A stretch of DNA of 44,012 nt from a virus: IMG/VR virus record IMGVR_UViG_3300049217_000078, positions 1 to 44,012 of that record; one strand, given 5' to 3'. Position numbers and translations under genes: made by a program. The notes beneath the pieces were generated by a model that was not told where the DNA came from, ran no database searches, and saw only the letters and a program-made list of their open reading frames with translations. Position 1 is the first letter of the stretch. The number at the start of each line of letters is the position of its first letter. Positions 25,892 through 34,420 of the stretch are shown here, piece after piece.

Positions 25892-26545
25892 ATGCTAAGT
25901 TTTCACAATGATCCAACGATAAAAGAAAAATACTTAAATAGAGTAAAATTACACAGAGAACTCGATAATATTATACAAGGAATCGGATGGGAAAATGGAA
26001 AGGGTTGTGCAGTAGGTTGCACTTTGGAAAATTATGATCATTCAGAATATCCAATTGAACTAGGTTTACCAGAATGGTTAGCAAGACTAGAAGACGCGAT
26101 TTTTGAAAATATACTTAATGAAGAAGCAATGTTATGGCCAGAAAAATTTCTAGATGCAATTCCAGTCGGTGTATGCGTTGAAAATGTTAAACACCGATTA
26201 TCAATTATTAGAATGAACAATCTATTAGAAATACAAAATAAATTATTAGAATCATATAAAAATAGTGAACTAGAAAAAATATTTATAGATGTAATGTCAT
26301 CTATTGAATTAGTAAAGAAATGTCATGAAGCAGAATTAAATAAAAATTATTGTGATTGGTCAGCAGCAGAGTCAGCAGCATGGTCAGCAGAAAGTTCAGC
26401 ATCGTCAGCAGCATCGTCAGCAGCAGAGTCAGCAGCAAGGTCAGCAGCATGGTCAGCAGCATGGTCAGCAGAAAGTTTAGCATGGTCAGAAGCATGGAAA
26501 GAAGAATCAGAAAATTTAATTGAACTTTTAAAAAATTGTAAATAG
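25892..26545 (+). CDS. Repeat protein: globular N-terminal domain plus a C-terminal [SW]-S-A-[AE] tetrapeptide array
   Basis: 217 aa with a GGAG Shine-Dalgarno. The C-terminus reads SAAESAAWSAESSASSAASSAAESAARSAAWSAAWSAESLAWSEAW. Confidence 0.6.
   Translation: MLSFHNDPTIKEKYLNRVKLHRELDNIIQGIGWENGKGCAVGCTLENYDHSEYPIELGLPEWLARLEDAIFENILNEEAMLWPEKFLDAIPVGVCVENVKHRLSIIRMNNLLEIQNKLLESYKNSELEKIFIDVMSSIELVKKCHEAELNKNYCDWSAAESAAWSAESSASSAASSAAESAARSAAWSAAWSAESLAWSEAWKEESENLIELLKNCK
26357..26497 (+). repeat. About 11-12 tandem imperfect 12-nt units (tggtcagcagca-like) inside the 217-aa CDS
   Basis: Read directly: tggtcagcagca gagtcagcagca tggtcagcagaa ... The repeat is in frame. Confidence 0.85.
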
Positions 26546-26555
26546 GAGAATAATT

Positions 26556-26723
26556 ATGAAAAAAGTAATATTTGAAAAAGATTATTACGGTGAAAATATA
26601 AATGATGTTTTTGAAGAAATTAACCACTCAATAAATGCACAAGATTTACCGACAGATGAACACGGATTTTTCAAAGGAACTATATCAATACAAGTAACAT
26701 ATTCTAATTATGAAGGAGAATAG
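26556..26723 (+). CDS. Small hypothetical protein (55 aa)
   Basis: Not in the ORF track. AGGAGA Shine-Dalgarno. Translation begins MKKVIFEKDYYGENINDVFEEINHS. Confidence 0.45.
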   Translation: MKKVIFEKDYYGENINDVFEEINHSINAQDLPTDEHGFFKGTISIQVTYSNYEGE

Positions 26724-26726
26724 GAA

Positions 26727-27353
26727 ATGACAATACGAATCGAAATTATTGATCCAACGATTAAAGATGAAAAGATGCTAGTGGCAACCGCTAGATTCTT
26801 AATGGAACTTGCGGGGCATCAAATGGTTCCTGCACCTGTTGAAGTTAAGGAACAAAAATTAAATGAAGGGGAAATACCAGTTACTTTGGAAGACTTAAAA
26901 GTAGATGGTTCAATCGGTTACTATGAAGGAAACCCTCCGGCTCATGAAAAGCTTGTTGAAGAACATGAAAAACTAGTTGCGGAGTTAGATAATTTAACAA
27001 TCGAGAAAAAACAAAGACGTAAAAAAATGAAAACAACTAAACTAGAAAAACATTTAACTGATAAAGAAATTGATTCATTTTTAGGGGAAAAATTACTAGA
27101 ATCTGAACATGTTTTAGTAGAAGAATTTAATAACACACCTCCATTTTTTCAGGTTACTCCACCCCCTAAGATCGATTTCAACTCTTTAATAGGAAAGATA
27201 ACTAAATTAACCGCAGAAAAGAAACTAGTCGCAGAAGATGTATTGAAAATAGTTAGGTCGTATGGTTTAAGCCATACGTATGAACTATCGACTAATCCGC
27301 AGTTAATAGAGAAAGTTAATGCAAGTATTGATAAATTTGGGGGTGATAAGTAA
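26727..27353 (+). CDS. Early hypothetical protein (208 aa)
   Basis: GGAGAA Shine-Dalgarno. Contains an internal HEKLVEEHEKLV repeat and a charged central region. Confidence 0.55.
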   Translation: MTIRIEIIDPTIKDEKMLVATARFLMELAGHQMVPAPVEVKEQKLNEGEIPVTLEDLKVDGSIGYYEGNPPAHEKLVEEHEKLVAELDNLTIEKKQRRKKMKTTKLEKHLTDKEIDSFLGEKLLESEHVLVEEFNNTPPFFQVTPPPKIDFNSLIGKITKLTAEKKLVAEDVLKIVRSYGLSHTYELSTNPQLIEKVNASIDKFGGDK

Positions 27354-27772
27354 TGGAACTTGAACAACAAGTAACATCTTTAGAACTATCAAAACGTCTA
27401 TGTGAATTGGGAGTTAAACAAGAAAGCTTGTTTTATCATCATTGGTATAAAAAAAATAGAGATTATGAACGAATAGAACATACAATAGAAAAAGAATACT
27501 CTGAATCTTTCGATGATAATAAGTGGAAATTTGAATGCTATGCAGCATTCACCGCCTCAGAACTTTTAGAGTTATTGCCTAACGAGATTTCAAATAATGA
27601 TATTTATTATACTTATTTAATGATTTTTAAGAAAAATAATGAATATGAAATAAGATATGACAGCATGAATATAGACCGTATAAGCCATATTAAATTCGGG
27701 CGTACATTACCAAATGCACTAGCAAAAATGTTGATTTATTTTATAGAAAATAAATTACTGGAGATTAAGTAA
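27353..27772 (+). CDS. Early hypothetical protein (139 aa)
   Basis: TAATG junction with the upstream ORF. Confidence 0.55.
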   Translation: MELEQQVTSLELSKRLCELGVKQESLFYHHWYKKNRDYERIEHTIEKEYSESFDDNKWKFECYAAFTASELLELLPNEISNNDIYYTYLMIFKKNNEYEIRYDSMNIDRISHIKFGRTLPNALAKMLIYFIENKLLEIK

Positions 27773-28099
27773 ATGGGTATGAATACATTAAGTTCATGTT
27801 CCAGCAGCCCCTACGCTACTAAGGATTCTAACCCAAACCCTAAGGTTTATAAAATAACAAGGGTATTCAATTTTGGTAAAAATTTGGCAATATTAGTAAC
27901 TTATCCAAATTGTACTAATTTTGAAGGTAATAAAATATTAGTTTATAAAAATATACATAATTTAGAAAATTTATTGAAATTAACTAAAGGGGAGTTAGAC
28001 CCGCATTTTTCAAAAGGTACCTCGCCATTCGCTAGATTTATACCCACTGAAGAAGGTTGGAATAACGCCATCAAACTGTGTGAATCAATTAGAGGGTAA
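27773..28099 (+). CDS. Early hypothetical protein (108 aa)
   Basis: Starts immediately after the upstream stop. Confidence 0.5.
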   Translation: MGMNTLSSCSSSPYATKDSNPNPKVYKITRVFNFGKNLAILVTYPNCTNFEGNKILVYKNIHNLENLLKLTKGELDPHFSKGTSPFARFIPTEEGWNNAIKLCESIRG

Positions 28100-28103
28100 G
28101 TAA

Positions 28104-28289
28104 ATGAAAGTAGATGAATTTTTAGAAAGCGTATTGAAAGAAAAAGACGAATCAAAAAGAGACGAATTGGTTGAAAATAAATTTAATGAGATAGAAAAGG
28201 AAATAGAGAAGTGCGAAAGGAAATTGAATAGCTTAAATGATTTCAGAGAAGCATTAGCGCAATTTCACGTGATGTTAAGGAGGATGTAA
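28104..28289 (+). CDS. Small coiled-coil protein (61 aa)
   Basis: Highly charged, with a helical-looking sequence. Confidence 0.45.
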   Translation: MKVDEFLESVLKEKDESKRDELVENKFNEIEKEIEKCERKLNSLNDFREALAQFHVMLRRM

Positions 28290-28453
28290 TGCCTAAGACT
28301 TTAACTTGCAAAATATTCGGATGCAAACCGGTTAGATACAGGCACGTACCTTTTTCATTAAGAAAGCGGATTGGAAGATTTGACCAGATAAAATGCCCAA
28401 GTTGTCTTTGGATATTTAAAGAGTATTACATATGCCGCAGGGGGTGTTGCTGA
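28289..28453 (+). CDS. Small Cys-rich protein (54 aa)
   Basis: Not in the ORF track. TAATG junction. Translation: MPKTLTCKIFGCKPVRYRH...KCPSCLWIFKEYYICRRGCC. Confidence 0.45.
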   Translation: MPKTLTCKIFGCKPVRYRHVPFSLRKRIGRFDQIKCPSCLWIFKEYYICRRGCC

Positions 28454-28517
28454 GTCGGTGGTGAAAGGGGGTACCTTTGCCTTGCGAACTGTTAATTAAA
28501 TTAGGGAGGGTAAGTAG

Positions 28518-28691
28518 ATGATCGGATTAATAGAAAAACTTTTTAACAAAAAATGCGACCACGGTGGAATGAATTTAAAAAGTATAAAAATGTATAAATG
28601 CCACATCCACTGTTCTAACTGCAATGAGATGTTAACAACCCCCATTTCAGAAAAAGAAATGGAAGAAAGATTTGAGAATGACACTTTTTAA
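28518..28691 (+). CDS. Small zinc-ribbon-like protein (57 aa)
   Basis: Not in the ORF track (the antisense ORF 28496..28684 is listed instead). GGGAGGG Shine-Dalgarno. Contains CDH...CHIHCSNC. Confidence 0.5.
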   Translation: MIGLIEKLFNKKCDHGGMNLKSIKMYKCHIHCSNCNEMLTTPISEKEMEERFENDTF

Positions 28692-28701
28692 GGAGACTGT
28701 A

Positions 28702-28848
28702 ATGAATATTTATATAGTATTTGAAGACTCAGGAACATGTCTGCCCTCTGGCATAGATAAAATATTTTTATCCGGAGAAAAAGCAGATGAGTATCTGTCT
28801 ACTAAAGAATATGGTTTTTACTTAGAAGAGCATGAGGTAAACGTATGA
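28702..28848 (+). CDS. Small hypothetical protein (48 aa)
   Basis: Not in the ORF track. AGGAGA Shine-Dalgarno. ATGA overlap with the nuclease gene. Confidence 0.45.
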   Translation: MNIYIVFEDSGTCLPSGIDKIFLSGEKADEYLSTKEYGFYLEEHEVNV

Positions 28849-29921
28849 CTACTCACTCTAAATTAGCTCCTTCCTCAGCGGAGCGTCGCATGGCGTGCCC
28901 TGGGTCTAGGAGGATGGAAGAGATTTACCCCAACAGGAAATCCGAAGCTTCTAGAGAAGGAACAATGGCGCATAAGGTTTGCGAAATGCTAGTAACGGGT
29001 GAAATACAAGGATTCGATTGTTCGAGAGAAATGTTTTTACACTGTGAAATGTATGTTAATTATATACGTAAGGTAATGCACAGCCCCAATCCAGCTATGT
29101 TTTATCAATTACAACTTGAAGAAACTATTAACATGGAATCGATACACCCAGATATGTACGGAACTCCCGACGCATGGTTTTTTACAGAGAACCATTTACA
29201 CATATTTGACTTTAAATATGGTTTCAAAGCCATTGAGGTGTTCGAAAACTGGCAGTTAATAGCTTATTCAGCGGGAATAATGGAAGGCGAACCAACGGTA
29301 GACAAAGTCACTTTTCACATTATTCAACCTCGCGCAGTACATAAAGATGGACCTATAAGAACTTGGAGTATTTCTTCTGACGAGTTAATTATTTATTGGG
29401 ATCGTTTACGAGCTTCTGAAGCAATAGCCGCTACTGAAGATGCCCCCCTAACCCCAGGCTCAGGATGTGAATATTGTCGCGCACGTCATGCATGCCCTGC
29501 ATTAAGAAAAACCGTATTGGAGAGAATTAACATGAAAGATTTACCAAAAGAATTAACTGACGATGAATTAGGAAAAGAACTTAAACAACTTCACGATTCA
29601 CAAGAGCTATTGAAAGCACGTATCACGGCATTAGAATCAGAAGCCTTGGCTAAATTAAAAATTGGAAAGAGAATACCGTTTTACCAATTAGGCCGGCATC
29701 AGCCTAGAGAAAAATGGGTTAAACCAATAGCTGAAATATTGACGCTAGGTGAAATGTTCGACGTGGATTTAAAAAAAGAACCTGAAGCAATTACACCTAA
29801 ACAAGCTATCAAAGCAGGGATTCCAGCAGATTTAGTGCGTCAGTATTCAGATACTCCAATAGGTGAACTAAAGTTAGAACAAGTGAAAGAATCTGAAACT
29901 AGAAAAATATTTGCAAAATAA
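28845..29921 (+). CDS. PD-(D/E)XK (Cas4/RecB-like, DUF2800-like) exonuclease with a Cys cluster
   Basis: 358 aa. Contains CPGS near the N-terminus, GTPDAWFF...IFDFKYG (D...D-x-K) and CEYCRARHAC. Confidence 0.7.
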   Translation: MTTHSKLAPSSAERRMACPGSRRMEEIYPNRKSEASREGTMAHKVCEMLVTGEIQGFDCSREMFLHCEMYVNYIRKVMHSPNPAMFYQLQLEETINMESIHPDMYGTPDAWFFTENHLHIFDFKYGFKAIEVFENWQLIAYSAGIMEGEPTVDKVTFHIIQPRAVHKDGPIRTWSISSDELIIYWDRLRASEAIAATEDAPLTPGSGCEYCRARHACPALRKTVLERINMKDLPKELTDDELGKELKQLHDSQELLKARITALESEALAKLKIGKRIPFYQLGRHQPREKWVKPIAEILTLGEMFDVDLKKEPEAITPKQAIKAGIPADLVRQYSDTPIGELKLEQVKESETRKIFAK

Positions 29922-29924
29922 CTA

Positions 29925-29953
29925 TTGACGAACCCGTCATTAACAGTTAGTAT
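29925..29953 (+). promoter_or_regulatory. Promoter TTGACG-N17-TAGTAT overlapping a TGACG-N4-CGTCA inverted repeat
   Basis: ctaTTGACGaacccgtcattaacagtTAGTAT. It is homologous to the 25230-25251 block. Confidence 0.55.
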
Positions 29954-29983
29954 GTCTTTGTCATTAATTAAGGAGAAACAAAA

Positions 29984-30826
29984 ATGGAAACTATTTTATT
30001 CCCAATCGGTCGGTTAGTAATGGGTTCTTTATATAAAGCTCAGGATAAAGATAGGGTCACAGGTAAGCCGTTTATAGACGATAGCGGAAAGCCATACGTT
30101 AAACACTACATTGCTTTAGCTATTCCTAAAGGCTCAGAACAGCATTGGAATCAAACAGAATGGGGTAAAAAAATATATGATGTAGCGGTTAAGGGTTTTC
30201 CAAACGGTCAAGCAAATTCACCATTATTCTCTTGGAAAATTGTGGATGGAGATAGTAATGTTCCGAATGGTAATGGTAGAAAGCCATGCGATTCAGAAGG
30301 CCACAAAGGGCATTGGATTGTGAATTTCAGTAATAGATTTGCATCCCCTATTCTTTGCGATGAAAAGGGCGCTCTATTATTAAAACCAGAAGAATTTATA
30401 AAACCAGGTGATTATATTCAAGTTTTTGGAAACATGAAGGATAATGGCAATCAACAAAAACCAGGCGTGTATTTAAATCACACACATGTGGCGTTTATTG
30501 GATTTGGGGAAAGAATAACAGTTTCTTCCATTGATCCAACAACTATTGGATTCGGCGGTGCGTTGCCTGCTGGAGCTAGCAAAACTCCAATCAGCTCTGG
30601 GTTTAATTCAGTCACTCAGGTATTATCTGCACCATACCAGCCCCCTGTTGTACAGACGCTTTCACATGCCCCCGTGCCTGTTCCAGCCGCAGCACCCCCA
30701 GCATATCCAAACATCCTTAAGCCTAAAATTATGACAGATTTAGCTAATGGGGCAACTTACGAAGCTTTCATTCAGCAGGGATGGACGGATGAAGCATTAA
30801 TTCAGCATGGATATTTGCAAGCTTAA
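29984..30826 (+). CDS. ssDNA-binding-like protein (DUF2815-like)
   Basis: 280 aa, in the typical position between the DUF2800-like nuclease and the family A polymerase. It has a Pro/Ala-rich linker and an acidic/aromatic tail. Confidence 0.55.
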   Translation: METILFPIGRLVMGSLYKAQDKDRVTGKPFIDDSGKPYVKHYIALAIPKGSEQHWNQTEWGKKIYDVAVKGFPNGQANSPLFSWKIVDGDSNVPNGNGRKPCDSEGHKGHWIVNFSNRFASPILCDEKGALLLKPEEFIKPGDYIQVFGNMKDNGNQQKPGVYLNHTHVAFIGFGERITVSSIDPTTIGFGGALPAGASKTPISSGFNSVTQVLSAPYQPPVVQTLSHAPVPVPAAAPPAYPNILKPKIMTDLANGATYEAFIQQGWTDEALIQHGYLQA

Positions 30827-30871
30827 TCAACTAACACGCCCCTTGAAATAGGGGCTTTAGGAGACGTTAAA

Positions 30872-31198
30872 ATGTTATTAAAAGAAAGGGTTAAAATATT
30901 AAAGAAAGAAGTAATTGAATTAAATGAACAAATACCAATGCTTCATAATTCTGTAGATTTGGCTCATGAGAAAATAAGATTTCTAGAAGATAAAGTTAAA
31001 CCAGATATCCTGCAAGACTTTAAAAAACGTCTATATCAATTAGAAGAATTAATGTCATCAGTTAATAGTCACTTTAAGGATGAAAGAGAAAAAAGGTTTA
31101 CCCTAGAAGAAAAATACAGAATATTAATAGCATTTTTAAAACAAAATTTGCATAGCGCGACTGTAGAAAATATTTTAATGGAAATAGGAGAACTGTAA
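30872..31198 (+). CDS. Coiled-coil protein, paralog A (108 aa)
   Basis: The C-terminus KYRILIAFLKQNL...ENILMEIGEL parallels that of ORF 31346..31717. Confidence 0.5.
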   Translation: MLLKERVKILKKEVIELNEQIPMLHNSVDLAHEKIRFLEDKVKPDILQDFKKRLYQLEELMSSVNSHFKDEREKRFTLEEKYRILIAFLKQNLHSATVENILMEIGEL

Positions 31199-31341
31199 TG
31201 AAAAAACTACTATGCATCGTGTTAATCTTATGCTCGCAACAAGCCTTTCCTAAAGTGAGAGCCGTTGATATTGAAATAGCCCTTTGCGATCAATTGCCAA
31301 AGAATAAGATCTTTGGATGTTTAATGCAGATAAGGAAATAG
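31198..31341 (+). CDS. Small signal-peptide protein (47 aa)
   Basis: Not in the ORF track. TAATG junction. Translation begins MKKLLCIVLILCSQQAFPKV. Confidence 0.4.
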   Translation: MKKLLCIVLILCSQQAFPKVRAVDIEIALCDQLPKNKIFGCLMQIRK

Positions 31342-31345
31342 GAAA

Positions 31346-31717
31346 ATGAAATATTCACCAGATGAATATTGTGAAATTACAGAATTGTGGGACAAGATAA
31401 AAGAATTAGAAAAAAGTGAATTATATAATTTAGCAAAATTTCAGCAACTAGATCAGGTCACAACTAAGTTGAGGGAAGATTTAGAAAAATTTAATCTATC
31501 TGTTTCTGCGGATGTATGGGATTTAAAACAAAAAAGAAATAGGACAAAAGAAAAAACAGATAAAAAAAATGCGATTTTAATACTTAAAGAAAAATCAAAA
31601 AAATTATCATCAAAACAAAAATATAAAATAGCTTTAGATTTTATAAAAGCGCTTAGATACGAAGATTATGTTTTTGGAGTAGAAGAAGTTTTAGCTGAAT
31701 TAGGAGAACTAAAATGA
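31346..31717 (+). CDS. Coiled-coil protein, paralog B (123 aa)
   Basis: C-terminus KYKIALDFIKAL...EEVLAELGELK. Confidence 0.5.
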   Translation: MKYSPDEYCEITELWDKIKELEKSELYNLAKFQQLDQVTTKLREDLEKFNLSVSADVWDLKQKRNRTKEKTDKKNAILILKEKSKKLSSKQKYKIALDFIKALRYEDYVFGVEEVLAELGELK

Positions 31718-31899
31718 ACACTGCAGACAGACAGAAATTCAAAGAACATTTAGCAAAACAAAAATCAGAGCTAGTAAATAAAATACATGAGGAAACTAAC
31801 CGGGTAATAACGGGTAGGGATAAGAGCCGAGTGCCAGAATTAATAAAAATATTGGAAGGAATTCAAAGACAATTAGTCAAGTTGGAGATAGTGAAATGA
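31714..31899 (+). CDS. Small hypothetical protein (61 aa)
   Basis: ATGA overlaps on both sides. Confidence 0.45.
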   Translation: MNTADRQKFKEHLAKQKSELVNKIHEETNRVITGRDKSRVPELIKILEGIQRQLVKLEIVK

Positions 31900-32132
31900 A
31901 ATTATTACCATGCCCATTTTGCGAAAATGAAGTGTTTTACAGTGCAAAAGAAAAATTTATTTCCCCGTGTGCGGTCGTCATTGTATGTAACAATTGTAAG
32001 TTAACCATGGATGATATAAATCAATGGAATAAGCGTTCTAATTCTGGAGAATTTTTAAGAGGATTTTTAGAAGCAAAAAGGCAAATGTTGGAAATCCTTA
32101 ATAAGCTAACTAGCACTAAGGGTAAATTATGA
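31896..32132 (+). CDS. Lar-family-like zinc-ribbon protein (restriction alleviation candidate)
   Basis: MKLLPCPFCENE...VCNNCKL...INQWNKR matches the Lar pattern (CPFCG ... CxxC ... WNxR). From recollection. Confidence 0.5.
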   Translation: MKLLPCPFCENEVFYSAKEKFISPCAVVIVCNNCKLTMDDINQWNKRSNSGEFLRGFLEAKRQMLEILNKLTSTKGKL

Positions 32133-34420
32133 TCCCCTCACCTCCTCCAAAATTAGAAGACTTACCGTCGGGACATAAACTAAACGCAGGTTTAGGAGTT
32201 TCCACAATCCTACCTGAGATGGACTTTGAAACCTACTCACCCGCCGGGTTTGAGTGGGACCTTACTCAAGGTAAATTCAAACCGCCACATGGCGCAAGTA
32301 TCAAAGGACTTCCGGTAACTGGTGCCGCGAGATATACAGAGCATCCAGAAGCTGAAGTATTGTGCCTAGCGTACAACCTAAAAGACGGAAACGGGGCGAA
32401 ATTGTGGAAACCGGGAGATTTTCCGCCACAAGATTTATTGGATCATATTTCATCAGGGCACTTAATTGAGGCTTGGAATGTTGCATTTGAGTACTGGGTG
32501 TGGAATAATATTTGCGTACATAAGTACAATTTCCCTCCACTATCCCCTCTCCAAATACGGTGTGCGGCTGCCAAGAGTCGCGCACACGCTCTTCCAGGTT
32601 CTCTTGACCCAGCGGGTGAAGTAGTTAATATCAAGAACAAAAAGAATAAAGATGGTAAAAGACTAATAACCAAATTTAGTATTCCTAGAAACCCAACTAA
32701 GAAAAACACTTCTTTAAGAACTTTACCCACAGACGACCCACAAGATGCCAACAACTTATACAACTACTGTTTGCGGGACATCGAAGCAGAAGCTGAGTTG
32801 TCATCTAAAACACCGGATCTTTCAGAAAGCGAATTGAAATTTTGGCAATGTGACCACGCCATTAACGTTCGCGGTATTCAGATTGACTTACCGCTTATAA
32901 ATAATTGCATTAGCATACTCGAGCAGGCGTATAAGAAATATGATGAAGAGTTACGTAAAATTACATTAGGAAAGGTTAATTCTGCAAGCGCATTACCTAG
33001 CCTTAAAAAATGGATGATTGAGCAAGGGATTACCGTAAATAAACTAACTGCTGACGATATAGAAGATTTGAAAAAAGTAATTCCTTGGAATAGACCCGAA
33101 ATCCATAGAGCCTTAAATATCAGAGAGATGAATGGTGCAGCCTCAGTTAAGAAGCTCTACGCAATGGCAAACCAAGTAACACGTGACAATCGTTTGCATG
33201 ACTTATTCATATACCATTCAGCACGCACGGGGCGCGCGGCAGGCACTGGGCCACAACCTCAAAACTTGCCAAATAGCGGACCTACGGTAAAAGAATGCGT
33301 ATGCGGTAAATATTTTAAATTATACACAGGATCTTGCTTGTGGTGCGGAATAGAACCAGAAACCACTATTAATAGTATGGAATGCGATAAATGCGAAGGT
33401 TTGGCTGAAGAATTTGAAATAAACCATAAGCACTCTGAATGGAACCCTCAAGCCGTAGAAGACGCCATTGAGATACTGAACACTGGTAGTCTAGAATGCG
33501 TCGAATACTACTTTGGGGATGCTGTTGAAATCATATCTTCATGCCTTCGCGGGATGTTTATTTCAGCGCCTGGAAAAGATTTAATATGTTCAGATTACAG
33601 TGCAATTGAAGCCGTGGTATTAGCCGCTTTAGCCGGTGAACAGTGGAGATTAGATGTATTCAATACCCACGGTAAAATATATGAAACATCCGCATCTAAG
33701 ATAACCGGGACTTCCCTAGAAGAATATGAATTATATAAATCTACTTCAGGTTCCCACCATCCGGATCGTAAGATAGGAAAAGTGGCAGAATTGGCGTCGG
33801 GATATCAAGGTGCCGTAGGGGCATGGAAAGCTTTCGGGGCCGATGAATTCTTTACCGACGAAGTAATACTTGAGAAAGTAAAAGCATGGCGTGCGGCTTC
33901 TCCCAATATTGTAAAACTGTGGTACGGGTTGGAAAATGCCGCTATTGCAGCCGTATCAAACCCAGGTACCGAATGTAATTACCGAGGTTTGACATACATA
34001 TGTAAACAAAATGTACTGTATTGTAAATTATTATCTGGTCGTTTAATCACGTACCACAGACCGATATTGTCTCCTCATGAAAAATTCGAAGGTAAGTTAT
34101 CTTTAAGTTTTGAAGGTTGGAACACTAATCCAAAATATGGAAAAACCGGCTGGGTAAGAATGAACACTTATGGAGGCAAATTAACGGAGAATGTCGTGCA
34201 AGCAACAGCCAGGGACATTTTAGCGCATGCGGTCATTAATTTGGAAGACAAGGGTTACCCCGTGGTTTTGCATGTGCACGATGAAATTGTGGTTGAAGTA
34301 GAAGAAGGCAAAGGAACCGTTGAAGAGGTTGAAACAATAATGAGCACGATGCCTGATTGGGCAAAAGGGTGGCCTGTAAAGGCTAAAGGTGGATGGAGAG
34401 CTAAGAAGTACAACAAATGA
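32129..34420 (+). CDS. Family A DNA polymerase with 3-5 exonuclease domain and a Cys-rich insertion
   Basis: Contains MDFETYS (Exo I), PQNLPNSG (the NLQNIP equivalent), DYSAIEAVVLA (motif A), RKIGKVAELASGYQG (motif B) and VLHVHDEIVVEV (motif C). Confidence 0.9.
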   Translation: MIPSPPPKLEDLPSGHKLNAGLGVSTILPEMDFETYSPAGFEWDLTQGKFKPPHGASIKGLPVTGAARYTEHPEAEVLCLAYNLKDGNGAKLWKPGDFPPQDLLDHISSGHLIEAWNVAFEYWVWNNICVHKYNFPPLSPLQIRCAAAKSRAHALPGSLDPAGEVVNIKNKKNKDGKRLITKFSIPRNPTKKNTSLRTLPTDDPQDANNLYNYCLRDIEAEAELSSKTPDLSESELKFWQCDHAINVRGIQIDLPLINNCISILEQAYKKYDEELRKITLGKVNSASALPSLKKWMIEQGITVNKLTADDIEDLKKVIPWNRPEIHRALNIREMNGAASVKKLYAMANQVTRDNRLHDLFIYHSARTGRAAGTGPQPQNLPNSGPTVKECVCGKYFKLYTGSCLWCGIEPETTINSMECDKCEGLAEEFEINHKHSEWNPQAVEDAIEILNTGSLECVEYYFGDAVEIISSCLRGMFISAPGKDLICSDYSAIEAVVLAALAGEQWRLDVFNTHGKIYETSASKITGTSLEEYELYKSTSGSHHPDRKIGKVAELASGYQGAVGAWKAFGADEFFTDEVILEKVKAWRAASPNIVKLWYGLENAAIAAVSNPGTECNYRGLTYICKQNVLYCKLLSGRLITYHRPILSPHEKFEGKLSLSFEGWNTNPKYGKTGWVRMNTYGGKLTENVVQATARDILAHAVINLEDKGYPVVLHVHDEIVVEVEEGKGTVEEVETIMSTMPDWAKGWPVKAKGGWRAKKYNK

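Noticed and set aside
26357-26497. Short tandem repeats as a CRISPR-like or non-coding satellite array
   Set aside because: The units are 12 nt with no spacers. They are in frame within a 217-aa ORF that has a good Shine-Dalgarno, and they encode a regular tetrapeptide repeat.
26301-26627. 108-aa antisense ORF (LLTMLLTLLLT...)
   Set aside because: It is a low-complexity mirror of the coding tandem repeat on the opposite strand and has no ribosome-binding site.
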